A stretch of DNA of 64,000 nucleotides from Malacoraja senta (taxonomy: Eukaryota), in NCBI GenBank assembly GCA_038087875.1, contig CM075999.1:2482001-2546000 (forward strand), read 5' to 3'. Positions 22,771 through 34,446 of this stretch are shown piece by piece (position 1 is the first letter of the stretch; the number at the start of each line of letters is the position of its first letter). The notes beneath the pieces were generated by a model, which made no database searches, was not told the DNA's origin, and saw nothing but the letters and a program-made list of their open reading frames with translations. A program made the position numbers and the translations under genes.

Positions 22771-22850
<80 letters not shown>
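22480..22850 (+). mobile_element. Rex1/Babar-like LINE 3' end with (TTAC)n tail, inserted in a PLE
   Basis: SGRRLRIVKAATARHKNSFYPRVVALLN; AATAAA then (TTAC)n 22772-22850. Confidence 0.75.
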
Positions 22851-22851
<1 letters not shown>

Positions 22852-22998
22852 GACACAAAAAGCTGGAGTAACTCAGTGGGTCAGGCAGCATCTCTGGTGC
22901 CCATATTCCCTTCCGTCCAGAGATACTGCCTGATGGGCTGAGTTCCTCCAGCTTTTTGTGTCTGTCTTTGGCGTAAAGACTAGGCACGTTCGGAGTCA

Positions 22999-23200
22999 CA
23001 CCTGGTGTCTCTGATCTGTGGTGAGAAAGAACACTTTGAACTTTGTAAAGTCATGACAGAACCACATCAGCTGCCGGGCTCGGGACAGCTGGTGATGGAA
23101 CGAGAGGACAGAAGTCAAAAGCAAATTGTTGACTCTGCCGTTGGACAGCTGGGTTGGGGGTGTCGGGGCCCGGAGGGGAGGAGATACGGACTGACAGCTG
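22999..23200. promoter_or_regulatory. Candidate bHLH enhancer (E-box cluster)
   Basis: CAGCTG at 23068, 23086, 23146, 23195 (three as GACAGCTG); CACCTG at 22999; non-repeat sequence. Confidence 0.35.
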
Positions 23201-23396
23201 AGCGTGGACACAGCGGGGAGAAAGGCAAATAACCAGCCGCTGAAGATGCCGTTGCTTCCAGCTCCCACGAAAGCTCAAGCAACACTGGACCCCACAGAAA
23301 GTCACAGCAAAGTTTCGCACACAGTGTATAGGGAGGAACTGCAGATGCTGGTTTACACCGAAGACAGACACAAAATGCTGGAGTAACTCAGCGGGT

Positions 23397-23903
23397 CATA
23401 GAGGGAGTGCAGAGAAGGTTCACCAGACTGATTCCTGGGATGTCAGGACTTTCATATGAAGAAAGACTGGATAGACTTGGCTTATACTCGCTAGAATTTA
23501 GGAGATTGAGAGGGGATCTTATAGAAACGTACAAAATTCTTATGGGGTTGGACAGGCTAGATGCAGGAAGATTGTTCCCGATGTTGGGGAAGTCCAGGAC
23601 AAGGGGTCACAGCTTAAGGATAAGGGGGAAATCCTTTAAGACCGAGATGAGGAAAAACTTTTTCACACAGAGAGTGGTGAATCTCTGGAACTCTCTGCCA
23701 CAGAGGGTAGTTGACGCCAGTTCATTGGCTATATTTAAGAGGGAGTTAGATGTGGCCCTTGTGGCTAAAGGGATCAGGGGGTATGGAGAGAAGGCAGGTA
23801 CGGGATACTGAGTTGGATGATCAGCCATGATCATATTGAATGGCGGTGCAGGCTCGAAGGGCCGAATGGCCTACTCCTGCACCTATTTTCTATGTATCTA
23901 TGT
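23397..23903 (+). mobile_element. CR1 LINE 3' fragment, young-looking subfamily
   Basis: Uninterrupted ORF 23407-23811. Confidence 0.95.
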
Positions 23904-23956
23904 AAGTGGCATCTCTGGGCGACGTTTCATAAGTTAATAAGTGATAGGGATCAGAA

Positions 23957-24508
23957 GTAGGCAAAATTGCTGGAGAAACTCAGCGGGCGCGGCAGCATCT
24001 ATGGAGCGAAGGAAATAGGCAACGTTTCCTATTTCCTTCCTAAAGGGTTTCGGGACGAAACGTTGCCTATTTCCTTCCTGAATGGTTTCGGGACGAAATG
24101 TTACCTATTTCCTTCCTGAAGGATTTCGGGACGAAACGTTACCTATTTCCTTCCTAAAGGGTTTCGGGACGAAACGTTACCTATTTCCTTCCTGAAGGGT
24201 TTCAGGACAAAACGTTACCTATTTCCTTCCTGAAGGATTTCGGGACGAAACGTTACCTATTTCCTTCCTAAAGGGTTTCGGGACGAAACATTGCCTATTT
24301 CCTTCCTGAAGGGTTTCGGGACGAAACGTTGCCTATTTCCTTCCTGAAGGGTTTCGGGACGAAACGTTACCTATTTCCTTCCTGAAGGGTTTCGGGACGA
24401 AACGTTGCCTATTTCCTTCGCTCCATAGATGCTGCCGCACCCGCTGAGTTTCTCCAGCAATTTTGTCTACCTTCAATTCTCCAGCATCTGCAGTTCCTTC
24501 ATGAACAT
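23957..24508. mobile_element. Fold-back PLE subfamily-B element with internal tandem array
   Basis: Inversion centred on ACGT at 24022-24025; imperfect flank duplication ATAAGTGATAGG...AGAA.TAGG. Confidence 0.8.
24039..24418 (+). repeat. Minisatellite, 10 x 38 bp hammerhead-derived unit
   Basis: Unit CCTGAAGGGTTTCGGGACGAAACGTT(A/G)CCTATTTCCTT starting every 38 bp from 24039 to 24381. Confidence 0.95.
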
Positions 24509-24782
24509 AGGAACATAAGTGATAGGAGTAGAATTAGGCCATTCGACCCATCAAGTCTACTCCACCGTTCAATCATGGCTGCCCTATCTCTCCCTCCTAA
24601 CCCCATTCTCCTGCCCTTTTTCCCCATTACCCCTGACACCCGTCCTCATCGGGAATCTATCTATTTCTGCCTTAAAAAACATCCACTGACTTTGTCTCCA
24701 CCGTCTTAGTTTGAAGAAGGGTCTCGACCCGAAATGTCACCCATTCCTTCTCTCAGGAGATGCTGCCTGTCCCGCTGAGTTA

Positions 24783-25315
24783 AAGCCCTGTCCCACGGGC
24801 AGGCGGTTACTGGCGGTGACGCGCGGTGTAGCAGGAAGTTGGGACCGCGCCTGGACCGCCAGGGGACCGCGCATGGCCGGCGGGGTCGGTCCCACGCAGA
24901 TCGCCGGAACCGTATGTAGTTGGTCCCGACACCGCGCGGTGCTCAGAAAAGCTGACACTGTCCAAAAATCTCGGCCTGCCGCCCAGCCGCCGCCTCTTCA
25001 CCGCAAGCACCGCCTGTACGCCGCGAGCCGTCTCGACGTCATCGCGTAGCGCGTTGCGTTGTGCGATGACGTCATCACCCGACGCCGCGCTCGCCGCATG
25101 CAGTCGCATGCTCGTGGGACAGGCCGTACGGTAAACACTCGGCCTCCGCGCGCCAACCGCTTCCGGTTAGGTTGCGCTTGCCGCATGCTCGTGGGACCGG
25201 CCGTGCGGTGAACACTCGGCCCCCCGCGCGGCACTCCCGCGGTAGCCGCGCGGTCCCCGCTTCCGGGGACGCCGCGCTTCACCGCCTGTTACCGCCTGCC
25301 CGTGGGACAAGGCTA
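24783..25315. mobile_element. PIF/Harbinger-type MITE, GC-rich, inserted in a PLE
   Basis: ~55-bp imperfect TIR AGCCCTGTCCCACGGGCAGGCGG / CCGCCTGCCCGTGGGACAAGGCT; TTA TSD (24780-24782, 25316-25318). Confidence 0.85.
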
Positions 25316-25334
25316 TTACCCCAGCATTTGGAGT

Positions 25335-25805
25335 TCACACAAAAGATGGTGGGTGTATGGAACAAGCTGCTGGAGGAGATGGTTGAGGCAGGCTAGGACT
25401 CTATTCCTTGGAGCGCCAGAGGATGAGGAGCGATCTCATCGTAGTGTCCAAAATTATGAGTGGAATAGATCGGGTAGATGTACCGAGCCTCTTGTCCAGA
25501 GTAGGTGAATTGAGAACCAAAGGATGTAGGTTTAAGGTGAGGGGGGAAGGTTTCAATAGGAACCTGAGGGGTAACTTTTTCACACAGAGGGTGGTGGGTG
25601 CATAGAACGAGCTGCCGGAGGAGGTGGTTGAGACTGGGACTATTGCAATGTTTAAGAAACATTTAGACAGGTACATGGATAGGACAGGTTTAGAGGGATA
25701 TGGACCAAACGCAGGCAGATGGGACAAGTGTAGATGGGACACGTTGGTCGGTGTGGGCAAGTTGGGCCGAAGGGCCTGTTTCCATTCCACACTGTATGAT
25801 TCTCT
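25335..25805 (+). mobile_element. CR1 LINE 3' fragment
   Basis: LERQRMRSDLI...NLRGNFFTQRVVG...FKKHLDRYMDR. Confidence 0.85.
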
Positions 25806-25876
25806 GAGATGTTACAGTTTACAGGCTCCTGTACCTTCTTCCCGATGGCAGTGGTGAGATGAGAGCACGGCCAGGT

Positions 25877-26324
25877 TGACAATAGACAATAGACAATAGG
25901 CGCAGGAGTAGGCCATTCGGCCCTTCGAGCCAGCACCGCCACTCAATGTGATCATGGCTGATCATCCACAATCAGTACCCCGTTCCTGCCTTCTCCCCAT
26001 ATCCCCTGACTCCGCTATCTTTAAGCGCCCTATCTAGCTCTCTCTTGAAAGCATCCAGAGAACCTGCCTCCACCGCCCTCTGAGGCAGAGAATTCCACAG
26101 ACTCACCACTCTCTGTGTGAAAAAGTGTTTCCTCGTCTCCGTTCTAAATGGCTTACCCCTTATTCTTAAACTGTGGCCCCTGGTTCTGGACTCCCCCAAC
26201 ATCGGGAACATGTTTCCTACCTCTAGCGTGTCCAAACCCTTAATAATCTTATATGTTTCAATATGAACCCCTCTCATCCCTCTAAACTCCAGAGTATTCA
26301 AGCCCAGCCGCTCCATTCTCTCAG
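25877..26324 (-). mobile_element. CR1 LINE 3' fragment
   Basis: ORF 25972-26316; (TATTGTC)n tail. Confidence 0.9.
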
Positions 26325-27907
26325 CTCAGGATGGTGAGGGTCTCTGACGATGCTGGCTGCCTTTTATGATGTAGATCCCTTGGATGGTGGCGAGGTCAGT
26401 AGCCGTGATGGACCGGGCAGTGACCAGCACATTCGTTCCTGGGCACCAAGTTATAATGCAAGTGCAGCCCATATACTGGCGGCAGCCTCTCTCTCTGATC
26501 AGCAGGCTTCCAGGGGCATTGATCGCGCTAATCCAACAGTTACACACTGCAACTGATGGGAGGCTGCGGAGACTGGGCAGATCACACGTTCTTGCTGAAA
26601 GGATTTAAGGAGATTTGCGAAAGATTTGCATTGAAAATAAAATTGGTTTTCTGATTATAATAAATTAGTTACTTGTATCCGCAGAGGATTGAATCTGATC
26701 CATATCACTGGAGATAGACATCCGGGCTCAGGAACAGCATCTTCCCTGCAGCCATCAGGCTATTAAACACAGCAACCTCCAAATAAGCTCCAAACTACAT
26801 AGACTAGTATTGTTATTATTGCACTATTAATGTTGTTTGTTTTTTATGTGTATGTGTGTGATGTGTACGTATATATACACACAAACACACACATATTTAT
26901 ATTTAGGTACATATATATATATATAGGAAGGAACTGCAGATGCTGGTTTAAACCGAAGATAGACACAAAATGCTGGAGTAACTCAGCGGTACAGGCAGTA
27001 TCTCTGGAGAGAAGGAATAGGTGACGTTTCAGGTCGAGACCCTTCTTCAGACTCCACTGGAAGTAAGGTTTACGGAAATGTCACTTTGATTGCAGAAGCA
27101 AGGAACTGCAGATGCTGATTTGCCAACGAAAGGCACAATGTGCTGGAGTAACTCAGCGGGTCAGGCGGCATCTCTGGAGAACATGGATAGGTGATGTTTC
27201 GGGGCAGGACCCTTCTTTCTCAGCGGGTCGGGCAGCATCCCCGAAAAAACCATGGAAAGGTGACTTTTTGGGACGGGGCCCCTTCTTCAGACTGATTGTA
27301 GGGGTAGGGTGAAAGAAAGCTGGGGCAGGACAAAGGCTGGCAGGTAATGGGTTAACACAGGCGAGGGGAGGGAGGTGGTTGGTAGGCAGATTGTTGGACA
27401 AAGGCCAGAGATGAACACACAATAGATGTGAGACAAAAGGATTAGAGAGTTGCGAAGTTGGCAGGTTTGGGCAAGTTGGGCCAAAGGGCCTGTTTCTACA
27501 CTGTATGACTCTATGACAGCTTCTGAGAAGCCTTTCTTTAATGGAGCAGTGACGATAAGGGAAGAAAGCAGGACTGGCAACAGATGATATAGACATCAAC
27601 TCAGAGCTGAAAAAAAACTTCAAAGTGGCACGCAGGCAGTTTGAACATAGCCAGCAGTGTCTTTGAGGTTCTGGATGAAAAGTACATACAGCACCAGAAT
27701 GTACAAACTGTACATTGAAAACATCGATCCCCCACTACTCAAATTAAACACAGTTCATTCTGATGAAAGGCCAATGACTTGAAATGTTACCTCAGTTGCC
27801 TGACCCGCTGAGTGTGTCAAGAATTTTCTGATCTTATTTCAAAGTTCATTCATCTTTCTGCAAACAATTTGGATATGACGGCACAATAGAGTTGCTGCCT
27901 TGAAACA

Positions 27908-28241
27908 GACGAGCGTTTGACAGCGCTGGGCCTGCACTCGCGGGAGCTTAGAAGGATGAGGGGGGACCTCGTAGAAATTTACCGAATAGTGAAAGGCCTG
28001 GACAGAGTGGATGTGAGGAGAATGTTTTCTCTAATGGGAGAGTCTAGGACCAGAGGTCACAGCCTCCGAAAAGAAGGATGTTCCTTTAGGAAGGAGATGA
28101 GGAGAAATTTCTTCAGTCAGAGGGTGGTGAATCTGTTCAATTCATTGCCACAGAAGGCTGTGCAGGCCATGTCAATGGATATTTTTAAGGCAGAGATGCA
28201 GCGATGCAGAGATGCAGAGATGCAGAGATGCAGAGATGCAG

Positions 28242-28331
<90 letters not shown>

Positions 28332-28338
28332 GATAAAT

Positions 28339-28423
<85 letters not shown>

Positions 28424-28522
28424 TCTTGATTAGTACAGGTGTCAGGGGTTATGGGGAGAATACAGGAGAATGGGGTTGAGAGGGCAAGCCATGATTGAAT
28501 GGCGGAGTAGACTTGATGGGCA
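27908..28522 (+). mobile_element. CR1 LINE 3' fragment with internal microsatellite expansion
   Basis: ORF 27917-28255; the LINE continues after the (GATA)n tract. Confidence 0.85.
28191..28422 (+). repeat. Compound microsatellite (CAGAGATG)n + (GATA)n
   Basis: Read directly from the sequence. Confidence 0.95.
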
Positions 28523-28526
28523 GAAA

Positions 28527-29530
28527 GTCATTCCGGAGGAGCTATCTTGGGGAACGGCTGCTAACCAGCAGCTGTCCGTTAAATTCACTTTTTTTCTTAG
28601 TTTTTAGTTTTCTTGGTCTATGTCTGTTGGGGAATTTTGACTTTTCATGTGGGGGGGTAAGGGGGAAACTATTTTCTAGGTCCCTACCTGGTCGGTGAGG
28701 CAGCTTTTTCTCCGGGCTGCCCCGTCGACCCGTCCTTGCGGCCTACCATCGGGCCTGGAGTGGCGTTTCCTGGCGGGGACTGCCCAGCACCTTCAGCTTC
28801 GGTGGCGGCACAGCGCTGGAGCGCTATCGCGGAGCGGAGCGGGTGATGCCTTGCCTGGGTCGCCGCGCTGGATCGACGTGCTGGAGCTCCGGTGAGCTGT
28901 GACCGCCGAGCTCAACACCTCCGGGCTGCGGGACTGCGGAGCGGCCAGCCGCGGGCGGCGGCGCCGACTCTAACATCGGGAGCCTCGGAGCTCCAAATCG
29001 GCGCGGCCTTGTCGGCTTCAGGTGCCACGGACTCCGGTAGGAAATCGGCCATTCCAGCCGTCCCAGCCGCTGCGAGGACTCTCCCGACGCCGGGGCAACA
29101 ACACCCGGTGAGAACGGCCAGGAACATCGGGCCTCCGTAGAGGCAACTGTGGAGGCCTCAATAGGCCTGACTTTGGGAGAACTGGGGTTGGGGACTGGAC
29201 ATTGTGCCTTCCCCCACAGTGGTAACCATTGTGGGGGGATGATTTTGTGTGTAGTGTGTAGTGTCTATGTTAGTCTGTGTCCAAGATGGCGGTCGGAAGG
29301 GAGAGTGGACGCTGGCGCGGTTTGGCTGCCGCTGCTCTCTCTTCACATTGTGTTTCTGAATTTTTGTTGTTGTTTTTGGATCGAATTTCTGTCTTTAATT
29401 TGTGTATTGGTGATGTCTTTATAACTTATTTTACTCTGATTATATGTTTCTTGTTAAATATTGTAAGGTTTCCTTGAGACTTGTGTATAGGCGCCCATAA
29501 ATAAAATCTATTATTATTATTATTATTATT
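28527..29530 (+). mobile_element. GC-rich non-autonomous retroelement ending in an L2-type tail (29280-29530 may be a separate element)
   Basis: Tail TGTAAGG..CCTTGAG...AGGCGCCCATAAATAAA(TAT)n; CCAAGATGGCGG at 29281; hairpins shared with 42910-43720. Confidence 0.55.
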
Positions 29531-29776
29531 CTCCTAGGGCGGTACGGTGGCACAGCGGTAGGGTTGCTGCCTTACAATGCTTACAGCGCCAGACACCCAG
29601 GTTCGATCCCGACTAAGAGTGACTGTCTGCATGGAGTTTGTACATTCTATCCGTGACCGACTGGGGTTTTCTCCGAGATCATCGGCTTCCTCCCACACTC
29701 CAAAGACGTACAGGTTTGTAGGTTAGATGGATTGGTGTGTGTGTAAATTGTCCCCAGTGTGTGTAGGATAGTGTAA

Positions 29777-30652
29777 TGGCCCTGTCCCACGGTACGGGTT
29801 CATTCCAAGAGCTCTCCCGAGTTTAAAAAAAAATTAAACTCGTGGTAAGCACGGAGAATGAACATAGAAACATAGAAACATAGAAAATAGGTGCAGGAGT
29901 AGGCCATTCGGCCCTTCGAGCCTGCAGCGCCATTCAATATGATCATGGCTGATCATCCAACTCAGTATCCCGTACCTGCCTTCTCTCCATATCCCCTGAT
30001 CCCCTTAGCCACAAGGGCCACATCTAACTCCCTCTTAAATATAGCCAATGAACTGGCCTCAACTACCCTCTGTGGCAGAGAGTTCCAGAGATTCACCACT
30101 CTCTGTGTGAAATAGTTTTTCCTCATCTCGGTCTTAAAGGATTTCCCCCTTATCCTTAAGCTGTGACCCCTTGTCCTGGACTTCCCCAACATCGGGAACA
30201 ATCTTCCTGCATCTAGCCTGTCCAACCCCATAAGAATTTTGTACGTTTCTATAAGATCCCCTCTCAATCTCCTAAATTCTAGCGAGTATAAGCCAAGTCT
30301 ATCCAGTCTTTCTTCATATGAAAGTCCTGACATCCCAGGAATCAGTCTGGTGAACCTTCTCCGCACTCCCTCTATGGCTATAATGTCCTTCCTCAGATTT
30401 GGAGAACGTAGCGGGTACGTCGGAGCTCGGGGACGTCTCTTAGCGGCTCGTAACGCTAACGGCAGGTACTCGGGAAGACTCGCTAACGGCAGGTAAGCAC
30501 GGGAAGACCGGTGAAGATTTTTCAACATGATGAAAAATGTCCACGAGAGCCCCGAGTACCGACGAGTGGCCATTACCGTAAATCTCCGAGTTCGAATCAG
30601 GGCAAACTCGGGGAGAGCTCTTGGAATGAACTCGTACCGTGCGACAGGGGTA
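29777..30652. mobile_element. PIF/Harbinger-type MITE (same family as 56607-56890)
   Basis: TIR GGCCCTGTCCCACGGTACG.GTTCATTCCAAGAGCTCTCCC; TAA/TTA flanks. Confidence 0.85.
29864..30403 (-). mobile_element. CR1 LINE 3' fragment inserted in MITE
   Basis: SPNLRKDIIAIEGVRRRFTRLIPG...[14 protein letters not shown] on both sides. Confidence 0.95.
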
Positions 30653-31094
30653 TTAGTGTGCGGGGATCGCTGGTCGGTGCGGAGTAGGTGGGCCGAAGGG
30701 CCTGTATTTGCCCTGTATCTCTGAAGAACTCCTGCCTGACCAGCGTTTACCAGCGTTAGATTGCAGTTCGGCCCTGCCAGTCACATAATCACTGGACCAT
30801 CCATGACTGACACATTAGTGAACCTAATCGTAACAGAAATGGGTTTAATATCTTTAAAAGCAGACTGACTTCCCCTGAGTGCAATATGTAGCTATATTTC
30901 AGATTGCTTGCGATGTGCAAGTTTATCCTGGGGCCATTTCAAAATCTGTTCCAAAAGAAAGAACAACGAAAGATTCTTCTGGGAAAGAAATAGGAAATAT
31001 AACATTAGTGAATAAATTGCTATCGTTTCCATTCTCAAATACACCCTTTGTTTATCATGGGATCACACCATTTGCTTTGTTATCAAAGAGAATT

Positions 31095-31435
31095 AATAAG
31101 TTCATAAGTGATAGGAGCAGATTTAGGCCATTCGGCCCATCAAGTCTACTCCACCATTCAATCGTGGCTGATCTATCTCTCCCTCCTAACCTCATTCTCC
31201 TGCCTTCTCCCCATAACCCCTGACAACCGTACTAATCAAGAATCTATCTATCTCTGCCTTGAATATATCCACTGACTTGGCCTCCACAGCCATCTGTGGC
31301 AAAGAATTCCACAGATTCACCACCATCTGACTAAAGAAATTCCTCCTCATCTCCTTCCTAAAAGTATGTCCTTTCATTCTGAGGCTGTGACCTCTAGTCC
31401 TAGACTCTCCCACTAGAGGAAACATCCTCCCCACA
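31095..31435 (-). mobile_element. CR1 LINE 3' fragment (TTATGAAC-tail subfamily)
   Basis: RMFPLVGESRTRGHSLRMKG...GYGEKAGE. Confidence 0.9.
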
Positions 31436-32441
31436 ACCACAAAATTGAGCCAAAAGATGGGAATGGCAAGAATTTGAAGAAATGTGTGTTGGAAGGAACT
31501 GCAGATGCTGGTTTACACTGAAGATAGACACAAAATGCGAGATTAACTCAGCGGGTCAGGCAGCATCTCTTGATAAAAGGAATGGGTGACATTTCGGGTC
31601 GAAAGATAGCGGAGTCAGGGGATATGGGGAGAAGGCAGGAACGGGGTACTGATTGGGGATGATCAGCCATGATCACAGAGAATGGCGGTGCTGGCTCGAA
31701 GGGCCGAATGGCCTACTCCTGCACCTATTGTCTATTGAGACCCTTTTTCAGACTGAGAGTCAGGGGAAAGGGAGTCTAGAGATATTGAAGGGTACAGAAC
31801 AAACACAAAAGGGTTAATTGGCCTCTGTAATTTGCTCCTAGTGTGTAGGATAGAACTCGTGTACGGGGGATCAGAGGGCTGAAGGGCCTGTTTCCACGTG
31901 TATCTCTAAAACTAAGCTAAACTCAGGTTGATAAAAGAAGATTGTGTGAATAGATTTTCTCACCATTGCACCAAGGTCACTGATATCACCTTCCAGTCTA
32001 TCCCATCTTTCGCCTGCTAAAATGACAAATCGAGCACCTTCTAGAACAGGCCCTTCGGCCCACAATGGCCAAAGTGAACATGATGCCCAGTTAAACTATG
32101 TGCAGGAAGGAACTGCAGGTGCTGGTTTAAACCGAAGATGCTGGAGTAACTCAGCGGGACAGGCAGCATCTCTGGAGAGAAGGAATGGGTGACGTTTCAG
32201 GTCGAGACCCTTCTTCAGACTGATTAGTCTGAAGAAGGGTCTCAACCCGAAACTAGTTCAGTTTAGTTTATTGTCACGTGTACCGAGGTACAGTGAAAAA
32301 GCTTTTGTTGCGTGCTAACCAGTCAGCGGAAAGACAATACATGATTACAATCAAGGCATTTACAGTGTACAGATACATGATAAGTGAATAATGTTTAGTG
32401 CAAGGTAAAGCCAGTAAAGTCCGATCAAGGATAGTCTGAGG

Positions 32442-33199
32442 TAGACAAAATGCTGGAGAAACTCAGCGGGTGAGGCAGCATCTATGGCACAAAGGAATGG
32501 GTGACGTTTCGGGTTGAGACCCTTCTTCAGAAGCCTTCAGTCTGAAGAAGGGTCTCGATCCTTGCCATAGAGGGAGTACAGAGAAGGTTCACCAGACTGA
32601 TTCCTGGGATGTCAGGACTTTCATATGAAGAAAGACTGGATAGACTCGGCTTGTACTCGCTGGAATTTAGAAGATTAAGGGGGGATCTTATAGAAACTTT
32701 CAAAATTCTTAAGGGTTTGGACAGGCTAGATGCAGGAAGATTGTTCCCGATGTTGGGGAAGTCCAGAACAAGGGGTCACAGTTTAAGGATAAGGGGGAAG
32801 TCTTTTAGGACCGAGATGAGAAAAACATTTTTCACACAGAGTGGTGAATCTGTGGAATTCTCTGCCACAGAAGGTAGTTGAGGCCAGTTCATTGGCTATA
32901 TTTAAGAGGGAGTTAGATGTGGTCCTTGTGGCTAAAGGGATCAGGGGGTATGGAGAGAAGGCAGGTACAGGATACTGAGTTGGATGATCAGCCATGACCA
33001 TATTGAATGGCGGTGCAGGCTCGAAGGGCCGAATGGCCTGCTCCTGCACCTATTTTTCTATGTTTCTATGTTTCTATGTTTCTATGACCCGAAACATCAC
33101 CCATTACTTCGCTCCATAGATGCTGCCTCACCCTCTGAGTTTCTCCAGCTTTTTATCTACCTTCGATTTTTCCAGCATCTGCAGTTCCTTCTTAAACGC
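32442..33199. mobile_element. Fold-back PLE unit with a CR1 (32558-33086, plus) inserted into hammerhead stem II
   Basis: 14-bp TSD AGGATAGTCTGAGG (32428-32441, 33200-33213); GGGTCTCGA|CR1|GACCCGAAAC. Confidence 0.85.
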
Positions 33200-33709
33200 A
33201 GGATAGTCTGAGGGTCACCAATGGGGTAGATGGTAGTATGTACACATACAAGGAATTTACCTCGGTGCTTTGCTCGCAAGTAACAACACGATATACAGTA
33301 GACAATTGCTCTCTAGTTGCTGTAGGATAGTTCACTTGCCTGTTAACAAAGTCCACATCGAACATGATGCCAAGTTAAACTAATCACCTCTGCCTGCACG
33401 TGATCCACTTTCTGCAAATCCATGTACCTATCTAAAAGCCTCTTAAACACCACTATTGTATCTGCCTCTACCACCACCCCTGGCAGCGTGTTCCAGGCAC
33501 CCACCACCCTCTGAGCATGTGCCTGACCTGCTGAGTTTCTCCAGACCCATGTGCCATTTTTTTATGTAAACCATCATCTGCAGTTCCTTATTTCTACCAG
33601 TGATCGGTGAATACAGGTGAGGGCCAATCAATCAATTCATCCCAATACTAGAATCAGTCTGAAAAAGGGTCCTGACCCAAAACGTCACCTATCCATGTTC
33701 TCCAGAGAT

Positions 33710-34017
33710 AGAGTCATAGTCTTACAGCATGGAAATAGGTCCTTCAGCCCAACTTGCCCACATTGACCAACATGTTTCCATCTACCCTAGTCCCACTTGC
33801 CTGTGTTTGGCCCATATCCCTCTAAGCCTGTCCTATGCATCTATCTGTCTAACTGTTTCTTAAACATTAGGACAGTCCCAGCCTCAACTACCTCCGCTGG
33901 CTGCTCGTTCCATACACCCACCACCCTTTGAGTCAAAAAGTTATCCCCCTCAGATTCCCCCTTCACCTTAAACCTAGGCTGTCTGCTTCTCGATTCCCCT
34001 ACTCTGGGCAAGAGACT
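33710..34017 (-). mobile_element. CR1 LINE 3' fragment
   Basis: SLLPRVGESRSR..RFKVKG...TQRVVGVWNE. Confidence 0.85.
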
Positions 34018-34446
34018 AATCCTCAATGGATGCCTGACCCGCTGAGTTATTCCAGCATTTGTGTATTTCTGCTCAAGATTCCAGCATCTGCAGTTCCATG
34101 TGTCTGCACTTATATTGCTCATGTGTATTCTGCTTTTATTTAGCTAATAGCATCTCCAGTGCGCTAATGCGAATATCCTCAAAGCAGCTGTTTAGAGTCT
34201 GTTGTGGGTGGGGAGTGAGAGGGATGACTTAATGAGAAAAACTATTAAAAATGATTTCTATGAAATTGGAAATACTTGTATAATGTGTCTACAGTTGAAT
34301 GGTACAATTAGTATTTTGTTCTGGAGCCCTATACACATTAACTTGTTAATGGGGTGGGGGTGAATATACGCTGGTGAAGTCATCTCTTTTTCACTCAATT
34401 CACAACGCCTATATTAACTGGAATTAAAGGGAGCTCAGTGAAATGG

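Larger units (their letters stand above)
29537..30722 (+). mobile_element. V-SINE hosting a MITE that itself hosts a CR1
   Basis: SINE head 29537-29776; tail resumes 30653-30722. Confidence 0.85.

Noticed and set aside
24711..25396. Several GC-rich ORFs or a CpG-island promoter
   Set aside because: They overlap mainly a TIR/TSD-bounded MITE; stop-poor because of GC content
29962..30573. 203-aa ORF as a novel fusion protein
   Set aside because: Chance read-through from MITE sequence into a nested CR1 fragment
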